This document shows positions 7,799 through 15,645 of a stretch of 52,365 bases of DNA, piece by piece (positions within the stretch are counted from its first letter, which is position 1; each line of letters begins with the position of its first letter). Under the pieces are notes generated by a model that was not told the origin of the DNA, did not search any database, and was given only the letters and a program-made list of their open reading frames with translations. The position numbers and the translations under genes are program-made. The DNA is from Candidatus Pacearchaeota archaeon. GTDB taxonomy: Archaea; Nanobdellota; Nanobdellia; Pacearchaeales; GW2011-AR1. Location of the stretch: contig VGKT01000003.1 of the NCBI GenBank assembly GCA_016866955.1, positions 1 to 52,365 of the forward strand, written 5' to 3'.

Positions 7799-9289
7799 AT
7801 GTCTAAACGAGGATTAAGTGATGTTGTTACCACTGTGTTGATTATTTTGTTAGTGGTTGTTGCCGTTGTGGCAATTGGTGCGTATGTCGTGAATCTTGTT
7901 GGTTCAAGTGGGCGAACGGTGGAGCGTGAAGGAGTGTGCTTAGCGAGTACGGTGAAGGTTGATGGGTGTCGGTGGTTTAAGTCACTCGTTCTTGGTCAGA
8001 CGAATCGTACGGTGGTAAGCATTACCAGTAGCACGGATTCTACCGTGACTGCTGTTTCACAACTCTCGTATCTCTTTACCTATGCAGATGGATCAAGTGA
8101 AACATTTACGAGTGTGAATAGCCTTCCCGGCATCGGGAAAGGATCGATTAGTCAAGAATTTGTAAACATGACTAAACAACCGTCCTCCGTTGCAGTGGGG
8201 GGACGATATACCCTTGCTAATGGGAAACTTGTGAGTTGTCCGGTCTTTACGCCCGCTTCGTGCGTGACTGAAGCTACTACCAATCCTTCCTATCTTGCGT
8301 TTTCTCCTTCTACGTTAAATATCGCGGGATCGATTGGGGGCGCTCCTACCCCTACTTCCCTTGCGAGTGGTGCCACCCCGGGTGCAGGAAGTACGGGTAC
8401 TTCTTCGGGATCTGGGTCAACAGGGGGAACGGCACCCCCTCTTTCCGATGTCCCTATTGGGGGGTTATGTACTTCAAATAATGAATGTACTAGTAAGATG
8501 TGTAGTTCTGACTTAGAAGGTAGAAAGAGATGTAATAATGAAGCTTCTTGTAGTATTGGTGAAAAGAAAGGTACGGTTTTTACAGGCAATTTTGCTTGCG
8601 CTTCTGAGGATCAAAAAAGATTATGTGAGAGGGGTGTTTGGACAAGTTCTGTTTCATGTCAAAGATTATGCTCAAATGGTATTTGTGAAGAAGAAAGAAA
8701 TTGGTTTATCTCAAACACCCTCTCTCTCAAAGGAGGAATAAATTATCCAATTTATTTTAATTTAAATAATGCTAATAGAAGTATTTCTAACATCTTGTTG
8801 AATTTTTCTAATGGGGATGCGATATTTACCTATAACCCTGCTAGTAATAACTGGCAGGGAGCTACTTTCCTTTTCGGAAGATGGAGTAATAACCTTGTTC
8901 TTGGACCTTCTGAAGGGATTCTAATTAAAAAAGCAGCCAATGGAACTCTTATATTGAATGGTTCTGCTTTGAATTCTGCTCCTTCTGTTCAACTCAACTC
9001 TGGATTTAATTTCGTTGGTATTGGACCTTGTGCTTCTAGCTATCGTGCTGCAAAGATCTTAGAAGAATTAAATACCTATTCTCCTAATTGCTCTTTTATT
9101 AGTCAAGCAAGTACACTTAGAGGGCCTGTTGAATATTGGTCAACAAATACGAGTTACTCTCAAGACGGATTAAAAAAAGATTTTAAAATTTATGAATATG
9201 AGCCTTTCTTTATCGGGTGTAATCAGAATACTTCTTTACTATGGCGACCTTCTGATTGTCGGATCAAACCAACCCCTTCGATATTGTAA
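7799..9289 (+). CDS. Archaeal type IV pilin-like protein with a long C-terminal extension (G/S/T/P linker, Cys-rich module, beta-rich domain)
   Basis: MSKRG/LSDVVTTVLIILLVVVAVVAIGAYV is nearly identical to the 6490 gene, and the pilin core is shared (SGRTVEREG.CL...CR). It is followed by GATPGAGSTGTSSGSGSTGG, a Cys-rich block (CTSNNECTSKMCSS...CSNGIC) and a domain of about 200 aa with many N-X-S/T sequons. Confidence 0.8.
   Translation: MSKRGLSDVVTTVLIILLVVVAVVAIGAYVVNLVGSSGRTVEREGVCLASTVKVDGCRWFKSLVLGQTNRTVVSITSSTDSTVTAVSQLSYLFTYADGSSETFTSVNSLPGIGKGSISQEFVNMTKQPSSVAVGGRYTLANGKLVSCPVFTPASCVTEATTNPSYLAFSPSTLNIAGSIGGAPTPTSLASGATPGAGSTGTSSGSGSTGGTAPPLSDVPIGGLCTSNNECTSKMCSSDLEGRKRCNNEASCSIGEKKGTVFTGNFACASEDQKRLCERGVWTSSVSCQRLCSNGICEEERNWFISNTLSLKGGINYPIYFNLNNANRSISNILLNFSNGDAIFTYNPASNNWQGATFLFGRWSNNLVLGPSEGILIKKAANGTLILNGSALNSAPSVQLNSGFNFVGIGPCASSYRAAKILEELNTYSPNCSFISQASTLRGPVEYWSTNTSYSQDGLKKDFKIYEYEPFFIGCNQNTSLLWRPSDCRIKPTPSIL
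7859..7884 (+). repeat. 26-nt exact match between the two pilin genes (gttgccgttgtggcaattggtgcgta)
   Basis: Identical to 6556..6581. It is embedded in a longer diverged paralogous segment (about 6505-6640 versus 7808-7943). Confidence 0.9.
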
Positions 9290-9323
9290 AGAAAAGAGTC
9301 CAGTAGTAGTACATAGAGTCATT
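9286..9323 (+). repeat. 38-nt exact inverted repeat, arm 1 (contains the stop codon of the long pilin gene)
   Basis: gtaaagaaaagagtccagtagtagtacatagagtcatt equals the reverse complement of 9791..9828 inside thrS. I verified this base by base. Confidence 0.95.
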
Positions 9324-9412
9324 GGGGAGTTACTCGCATTTCTCATGCCTTTACTGTCCATCCTTAATTTGATTACATACTTTAGGGAATAGAAAAAGCA
9401 AAGAATCGCTCT

Positions 9413-11143
9413 TTATTTCTTATTTTCTAATTCATCCGTAAGTTGTTTCACAAAGTCTTTGAATTTCACACCGAATTCTGGTTTCTTTGCCCCGTGTGCA
9501 CGTACCGCGAGTGTGTCTTTTTCTTCTTCTTTGTCCCCTATGACGAGCGTGTAAGGGATCTTCATGACTTCAGCATCTCGTACCTTTGCCTGGACCGTTT
9601 CATTACGCAAATCAATTTCTACTCTGAGAGCAGGAAGGGCTTCTTTCAATTCTTTTTGAAGCTTTTCTACTGCTTTATTGTTTTTATCGGTGAATGAAAG
9701 TACCTTTACTTGCACAGGAGCAAGCCAGAGTGGGAGGTTGCCATTAGTACTTTCAAGGAGAATTCCAATAAATCTTTCAAGAGATCCATAAATGACTCTA
9801 TGTACTACTACTGGACTCTTTTCTTTACCATCTTTGTCTGTGTACGTAAGTCCGAATCGTTGTGGTAATTGGAAATCAAGTTGCATAGTGCCCATTTGCC
9901 ATTCTCTTCCTAATGAATCTCGCATATGGATATCTATTTTTGGACCATAGAATGCACCATCTCCTTCTTTAATGGAAAAAGGTTTCCCTGATTTCTTAAG
10001 TATTGCTTTCAGTTCCTTTTCTGCATTATCCCATACTTTTTTATCACCCATAAATTGGGCAGGTCGGGTGCTCAAGTTGAATGAATAACTAAGGCCTGCT
10101 TTTTTGTAAAATGCATCACACACTTTGAAAATGTGTTCAAACTCTGAACCAATCATGTCTTCGGTAATAAAGTTATGTGAATCATCTTGTTGGAAGGAAC
10201 GACAACGTAGAAGCCCATTCAATACGCCTGAGAGCTCATATCTATGTAATCTATCGGTGTCTGATAAACGTAAAGGCAAGTCTTTGTAACTTCGTTGCTG
10301 TGATTTGAATACAATCATAGCATTTGGACAGTTCATTGGTTTAAGGCAATAGGTTTCATTTTCATGCGTATGTGCGATGAACATGTTTTCTTTATAATGC
10401 TCCCAATGTCCCGAAATCAAATAGAGCTCTTTCTTATTCATCAATGGGCTTGCAATTTCTTGATATCCCCATTTTTCATGTTCTTGTCTCCAAAAGTCAA
10501 CCAAGGTATTATATAACTTGAGTCCCTTTGGCAACCAGTAAGGCATTCCGGGAGCTGTTTCGTTAAACATAAACAAACCTAATTTCTGACCAAGAATACG
10601 ATGATCATTTTCTTTTAACTTGGAAGTATCTAATTTCGTGGTATTAATAAGACGTAGAAGCGTTGCAGGATCTACTTGTTTCTCTTCAAGTCGTTGTAAG
10701 GGTGCTTTTGCTTCTCCTGTTTGTACCTTTGTTGTACGGAATTCTTTACTTAATTCGGAGAGAGGGTGGCCTTTACATTTTAATTCAAATTCTTTGTAAT
10801 AGCCAAAGGGTGCTCGGCTTACTTTGAGGCCCGCTTTGGTGAGGATCGCTTCTGCATCAATAAGCATGTTTTGTGCTTCTGAGGGATTTGCTAAGTGAGA
10901 AGAAAGATGGGCATAGGGGTAGAGAACAATGTTTGTTGCCTTAACGTCTGTTGCTGTTTTTTGAATAGCTTCCACATATTGCTTAAGAGTGGTGGTATCA
11001 TCTCCTTGTTCTACGGCCGTTAATACTACGAGGGGTTCTTTGATATCTTTCCCGGTAAGGTCTTTGAGATCAGGCAATGATTTGAGTGCTTTTTTGAGGG
11101 GTTTGAACTTGATGTAATCGCAATGCAGGGTAATGAGGCGCAT
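9413..11143 (-). CDS. thrS: Threonyl-tRNA synthetase, archaeal type with an N-terminal editing domain
   Basis: MRLITLHCDYIKFKP resembles the archaeal ThrRS editing-domain N-terminus. Class II core, with motif 3 region HRVIYGSLERFIGILLE. 576 aa. Confidence 0.9.
   Translation of the reverse strand: MRLITLHCDYIKFKPLKKALKSLPDLKDLTGKDIKEPLVVLTAVEQGDDTTTLKQYVEAIQKTATDVKATNIVLYPYAHLSSHLANPSEAQNMLIDAEAILTKAGLKVSRAPFGYYKEFELKCKGHPLSELSKEFRTTKVQTGEAKAPLQRLEEKQVDPATLLRLINTTKLDTSKLKENDHRILGQKLGLFMFNETAPGMPYWLPKGLKLYNTLVDFWRQEHEKWGYQEIASPLMNKKELYLISGHWEHYKENMFIAHTHENETYCLKPMNCPNAMIVFKSQQRSYKDLPLRLSDTDRLHRYELSGVLNGLLRCRSFQQDDSHNFITEDMIGSEFEHIFKVCDAFYKKAGLSYSFNLSTRPAQFMGDKKVWDNAEKELKAILKKSGKPFSIKEGDGAFYGPKIDIHMRDSLGREWQMGTMQLDFQLPQRFGLTYTDKDGKEKSPVVVHRVIYGSLERFIGILLESTNGNLPLWLAPVQVKVLSFTDKNNKAVEKLQKELKEALPALRVEIDLRNETVQAKVRDAEVMKIPYTLVIGDKEEEKDTLAVRAHGAKKPEFGVKFKDFVKQLTDELENKK
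9791..9828 (-). repeat. 38-nt exact inverted repeat, arm 2 (thrS codons KEKSPVVVHRVI)
   Basis: Reverse complement of 9286..9323. Confidence 0.95.
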
Positions 11144-11392
11144 TGTTCAGCATAGAAACAGGGCTATAAAAAGATGATTATCGATTTTTTAAACAATTAT
11201 TTTTTGATCCTTCTACCCTTTTAAACAATATAACTTTGAATTTTTTATGCATGAAGAAGAGGTAGCATGATCGACGCTTATGTGAAAATAACTTAAAAAG
11301 AATCAGCTTGATAGAAAATGTAGATTACGGACAAAGGGGCTTGCGCACAAAAAAGCAATATTTATATAGTAGTAACTATTAAATAGTAACAT

Positions 11393-11926
11393 ATGAGTAA
11401 ACAAAAAACAATGAAACTTGGGTGGGCAAGTGCTGTAGGAATAGCAACTACGCTGGCTCTTGGGTCAACCTGTCAATCGAGCCCAGATAACATCCCTGTT
11501 CGTGCACATGGAAAATCTCTTTTGGTTCCTATATATACATCTGAAGAAGTTCCCCGCAACTATTGTAGTAGATTTGTACGAAAAGCGGGAAATAAGTTAT
11601 TTAGCGTTATTATTCCTGCTGAAGATGCATGGAATCTACGTTATGCTGGAATGAGTGAATTGCTATTAACTAATGTTGTTGTACAGGGAATTCCTGGTGA
11701 TGTAATTACATTCTATAACCCCCGTAGTTTGTTTAATAATGGAACAGATAAAAAAGGAAAAACTCGAGAATATACCCATGTTGGGCTCTATTTAGGTACT
11801 AATGACTCGGGGAGACCATTAATAGCGGATAAATATGGAAAAACTACTCGCGTGTCTACTATTGAAGAATTAACTGCTCAGGGCTTAGAGTCAAAAACGC
11901 TTTTGCTTGCTCGAAAATTTAAGTGA
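11393..11926 (+). CDS. Secreted or lipid-anchored NlpC/P60-like (papain-fold) hydrolase candidate
   Basis: Signal peptide ending LALGSTC. Cys motif NYCSRFVRKAG and His motif YTHVGLYLG occur in the order and spacing of the NlpC/P60 catalytic Cys...His. An ATTTATATAG box lies about 28 nt upstream. Confidence 0.55.
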   Translation: MSKQKTMKLGWASAVGIATTLALGSTCQSSPDNIPVRAHGKSLLVPIYTSEEVPRNYCSRFVRKAGNKLFSVIIPAEDAWNLRYAGMSELLLTNVVVQGIPGDVITFYNPRSLFNNGTDKKGKTREYTHVGLYLGTNDSGRPLIADKYGKTTRVSTIEELTAQGLESKTLLLARKFK

Positions 11927-13028
11927 GTGTGAATCTGCTCACCAGCTTCTTTGCTTGCTCACGTTTCTTCTGATGTTCTTTGAGGAAGGCATTAACTTTC
12001 TCGATAAGAATTGCTTTTAATTCTCCGGAAAGGAGCTTGCCTGCACGATAGTCCTTTTCGATTTTTGCTAATTTCTTGTCATCAGGCTCAAAAAGATATT
12101 TGAGATAGAGGAATGAGATGTCGACTGTGGGGTTTCCGCCCTGTTTCCGATGTTCTTCCAAGGTGTCTTTTCCTCCTGAAAATGCATATTTGTTAATTTT
12201 CTTTTTTACTTGTTCAGGAGTATCGGTAAGGAAAATAACATCATTTTCTGCTTCAGATGCAGACATTTTAGCGTTACCTGAAAGTCCAGGAAGAAATTGA
12301 GCGTGTATTGCTCCTGGTTTGATGAAACCAAGCGCATCAGCAACATCACGAAGAATACGCATATAGGGATCTTGGTCAATAGCAATCGGAACAAGTGTGC
12401 GTTGTGCTCCCTCTAAAAATTGAGGCATATAAATATGAGCTGATTGAACAGCAGGATAGAAAATAAATCCGATATTTGTATCTCCTTGAAAGCCAAAGGT
12501 TGCCTTTGCTGCTGAGAAGGTGGTTTTCTTTGCAATTAACGCTGCGTATTTGTATATCTTCGTATATTCAAAATCGCTAAATATTTTTGTTTTTGCAGGG
12601 TTAAATCCAAGAGCAAGCACATCAAGCATATTATCTTGAGCGAATGCGGCAACTTGTTCTTGTGTAAGTCCCTTTTTAACAAAAAACTTCTCATCATCGG
12701 AAAATGGAATATAGACCATGCATCCATATTTTTTTTGAAAATACTGTGCCACAATAAAGGGCACGAGATGACCAATATGCATTTTTTCTGAAGGCCCGCG
12801 TCCGGTTACAATAGACACTTTTTTTCCTTTTTCTGCATCTCCAATCCATTGAGGGAAATCACGATGAGAGAAATAAAGTCCTCTTCGAATGAACGGAGGG
12901 GCATCTTTTTGTTCAGCAAGTTGGGCAAGATCTAATGCTTGTGTTCCAAATTCTTTTATGAGTTTGTCATAATCAACAGCTCCTGAGACTTCCCATGGAG
13001 TAACGACGCTCTTTTTGTCCCCAGTCAT
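11919..13028 (-). CDS. trpS: Tryptophanyl-tRNA synthetase (archaeal/eukaryotic type)
   Basis: TGRGPSEKMHIGHLVPF (HIGH) and KMSAS (KMSKS). The track ORF runs to 13067 from a TTG, but that extension encodes the TTTATATA box itself. The ATG at 13028 is about 26 nt downstream of the box centre. Confidence 0.9.
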   Translation of the reverse strand: MTGDKKSVVTPWEVSGAVDYDKLIKEFGTQALDLAQLAEQKDAPPFIRRGLYFSHRDFPQWIGDAEKGKKVSIVTGRGPSEKMHIGHLVPFIVAQYFQKKYGCMVYIPFSDDEKFFVKKGLTQEQVAAFAQDNMLDVLALGFNPAKTKIFSDFEYTKIYKYAALIAKKTTFSAAKATFGFQGDTNIGFIFYPAVQSAHIYMPQFLEGAQRTLVPIAIDQDPYMRILRDVADALGFIKPGAIHAQFLPGLSGNAKMSASEAENDVIFLTDTPEQVKKKINKYAFSGGKDTLEEHRKQGGNPTVDISFLYLKYLFEPDDKKLAKIEKDYRAGKLLSGELKAILIEKVNAFLKEHQKKREQAKKLVSRFTLT

Positions 13029-13049
13029 CCCCTGTTTGGGTTTCTTTTC

Positions 13050-13057
13050 TATATAAA
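13050..13057 (-). promoter_or_regulatory. TATA box (TTTATATA on the - strand) for trpS
   Basis: Centred about 26 nt upstream of the ATG at 13028. Confidence 0.55.
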
Positions 13058-13073
13058 TGTATTTCAAGCAAGA

Positions 13074-13081
13074 TTTATATA
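13074..13081 (+). promoter_or_regulatory. TATA box (TTTATATA) for the 13103 gene
   Basis: Centred about 26 nt upstream of the ATG at 13103. It sits back to back with the trpS box. Confidence 0.55.
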
Positions 13082-13102
13082 CGAGTAAAGCGAACTTAGA
13101 AT

Positions 13103-15037
13103 ATGTTCAGAAAAGAGGTTTTGGTGATAAGTATCTTAGTTAGTTTATTATTTGTGCCGGGCGTATTTGCTGCGGTAAGTATTAGTCAACCTACTTCCAT
13201 GTATAACTTGGGAGATATTTTAAGTGTAACTGCGAGCGTGAGTAGAACGGATGCAGGAACTGATTATCTTTCAGTTTTCCTCGTTTGTGGAACTGAAGAA
13301 GCGACAGTGTATAAAACCCCTTTAACCTTACAAGCAGGGAAACAAACTGCTGTAGCAGTTACGTTTCCTTTAACCACTTCATTTATTGGAGGTTTGAAGA
13401 GTACCTGTGCATTACGTACTACCTATGGAGCTGATGAGGTATTTTCTTCTCCTTTTACGATTAGCACTGAACTAGTAATACAAGTTCCGGGAGCTTTGGG
13501 AGTACATGCTCCTGGTGCACGTGTTTTCTTGAATGGTACTGTTATGAAACGAACGGGACAACCAGCAAGTGGAACTTTGGATTATTCGAGTGAGGAATTA
13601 GGGATCACTGGAACAGCTCTGATTACACAAGGAACGTTTACTCTTTCTTTTGATTTACCAACTGATGTTCGTGCTCAAGCATATTTACTTTCTCTTGCTG
13701 CTTCTGAAGGTGAAGGATTGAATGCGGGTGCAACAAGCACTTCAGTACGTATGGGCCAGGCGTTACGTTCTTTAGAAATTGCGCTGAATGCTCCTTTACT
13801 CTATCCGAACACTAAACTTACCTATACTCCTCTTGCTTATGACCAAGCTGGAGAAGCTTATTACACAGCAGTTAGTATTGCAGTACATGATGCCAATGGA
13901 GCACGAATACATGGTGAAACACTTACTTCGGGAACTACTTCTTCCTATATACTTCCTTCTTCTGCTTCTCCGGGAACTTGGACGGTGAGTGCTGAAGCAA
14001 ATGGTTCGAGAACAACCCGTCAGTTTTCTGTTGCGGCGGTAATGAATGCTTCGGTGGTATTAGGAAATGGAACCTTGACAATTGTGAATACGGGAAATGT
14101 ACCGTATAATAAAACGGTTGATATCGCTATCGGAGAGATTAGTGAACCAAAATCAATTGGACTTGGAGTAGGAGAGGAAAAAACATTTGAATTGAATGCT
14201 CCTGATGGCGATTATATTGTAAGAGTACATGATGGTTCAGATATCTTTACTGGTCGTTCATTTTTAACCGGTAAGGCCATTTCGATTGATGATCCTGAAG
14301 ATCAACGTCTTATTTCTCGTGTTTCAATGGCTTGGATTTTACTTATACTCTTATTGGGTGTTGCCGCTGCCTATTATTATAAAAAAATTGGCAAACCCGA
14401 ATATTATAGTAGTTCTCCTTCTTCTTCCTATTCTACTCGTCCTGCAGGAAACTCCTTTACTTTCCCTGAAAAGAAATCACAAATGATTGATAAGGGTGAA
14501 CGAAAAGCAATTCCTGTGGTGGTGCTTAAAGTTAAGAATCATCCTTCAGTGCAAGGACAGGTACGTACTGTGGTGCAACAAGCAATCCAAGAAGCACAGG
14601 CAAGTGGAGCAATAGTCCATGAACAAGGGCAAGGAATGTGGGTTGCATTCTTTACGCATGCTGAAGGGGAAGATGCAGTGATGATGCGCGCTGTTCAAGC
14701 TGCAGAACAGATACAAGGAACGTTAGATGAATATAATGTACAAGGGAAACCACAGGTAGAGTATGGTATTGGTATTAACTTTGGGGAATTAATTATTGAA
14801 CAACATCCTTTCAAATATACTGCTCTGGGAGCTACGTTACCTGTTGCTAAGAAACTTGCAGACTATGCTTCTAAGATGGTTTTACTTTCTGATGAAGCGC
14901 ATACCTTTATTGCATCTACTACTCGTTGTGAAAAAATCCATGATCGTAATGCCTGGAAATTGAAGTCAATCTCACGCCGAGATAGACATAATAATTTCAT
15001 TAAGGGTTTTATGAAGCGTCAGGGTTTCCGTTCTTAA
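13103..15037 (+). CDS. Single-pass membrane protein with a large beta-rich ectodomain and a cytoplasmic degenerate class III cyclase-like domain
   Basis: Signal peptide (VLVISILVSLLFVPGVFA), an ectodomain of about 400 aa and a TM helix (MAWILLILLLGVAAAYYY). The C-terminal roughly 170 aa follows the cyclase-homology pattern (VVVLKVKN / GQGMWVAFF / YGIGINFGELII / YTALGATLPVAKKLADYA / VLLSDEA). Both metal-binding Asp positions are replaced. Confidence 0.7.
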   Translation: MFRKEVLVISILVSLLFVPGVFAAVSISQPTSMYNLGDILSVTASVSRTDAGTDYLSVFLVCGTEEATVYKTPLTLQAGKQTAVAVTFPLTTSFIGGLKSTCALRTTYGADEVFSSPFTISTELVIQVPGALGVHAPGARVFLNGTVMKRTGQPASGTLDYSSEELGITGTALITQGTFTLSFDLPTDVRAQAYLLSLAASEGEGLNAGATSTSVRMGQALRSLEIALNAPLLYPNTKLTYTPLAYDQAGEAYYTAVSIAVHDANGARIHGETLTSGTTSSYILPSSASPGTWTVSAEANGSRTTRQFSVAAVMNASVVLGNGTLTIVNTGNVPYNKTVDIAIGEISEPKSIGLGVGEEKTFELNAPDGDYIVRVHDGSDIFTGRSFLTGKAISIDDPEDQRLISRVSMAWILLILLLGVAAAYYYKKIGKPEYYSSSPSSSYSTRPAGNSFTFPEKKSQMIDKGERKAIPVVVLKVKNHPSVQGQVRTVVQQAIQEAQASGAIVHEQGQGMWVAFFTHAEGEDAVMMRAVQAAEQIQGTLDEYNVQGKPQVEYGIGINFGELIIEQHPFKYTALGATLPVAKKLADYASKMVLLSDEAHTFIASTTRCEKIHDRNAWKLKSISRRDRHNNFIKGFMKRQGFRS

Positions 15038-15059
15038 GGAAACCACTGAGACTTCTTTC

Positions 15060-15515
15060 CTAGAAAGAGGGCAATTTTACTAACGTCGTATCATCAAGAT
15101 AGTATCCTTCGTGTCCAATACTTCCTGGAAATTCTTTGGTGAGGTATGCTTTCGTTTCCTTCGTATAGTCGTTTTCATGTGCAATCAGCAAGGCATGTGC
15201 TTTCAAACAGGCAGGGCAACAGGTATGAAGCGCTGTTTGTGAGAATACGCACGCGTTCCGTTTGGTAAAAGCGAGTATCTCCTGCACAAAATCCTCTGTA
15301 AGCGTTATTCCTTTTCGCTGAGCAGCCAATTGCACACTAATGAGTTTAGCATGCAAGGCAGTGGCCGGTATTGTTCCAGGATGTTGGGTAGCTTGTTGAA
15401 GTTTCATGAGAAATAATGAACCTGCACTCAAACCGGATTCGAGTCCGATTAGTTGCAGGATACGCGGGTAAAGAGGACTGTATAGACCGCAGCGTAGCTG
15501 ATTGACATCATGCAT
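15060..15515 (-). CDS. Hypothetical protein (151 aa)
   Basis: ORF with an ATG start. Contains a CCPAC motif. No family recognised. Confidence 0.5.
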   Translation of the reverse strand: MHDVNQLRCGLYSPLYPRILQLIGLESGLSAGSLFLMKLQQATQHPGTIPATALHAKLISVQLAAQRKGITLTEDFVQEILAFTKRNACVFSQTALHTCCPACLKAHALLIAHENDYTKETKAYLTKEFPGSIGHEGYYLDDTTLVKLPSF

Positions 15516-15645
15516 TTAGAATGTTGGGTCTGTCCTCTTTGCATACGATAGTGATGGAGCACTTGTTTATATATGTTGTGGAAGGCTCTCTTCAAACTCT
15601 CGCGCTTTCCATAACCCTTATAAATTATCCTTTCTCACTCGAGAT

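Noticed and set aside
9192-9392. 66-aa track ORF spanning the end of the long pilin gene and the thrS-derived fragment.
   Set aside because: It overlaps the pilin CDS out of frame. Its second half is simply the reading frame of the inverted thrS fragment (KEKSPVVVHRVI...). I treat it as a repeat or pseudogene remnant rather than a gene.
13029-13067. N-terminal extension of trpS from a TTG start (MKYIYIEKKPKQG).
   Set aside because: The extension is the reverse-strand reading of the TTTATATA promoter box itself. The ATG at 13028 sits at the leaderless distance from that box.
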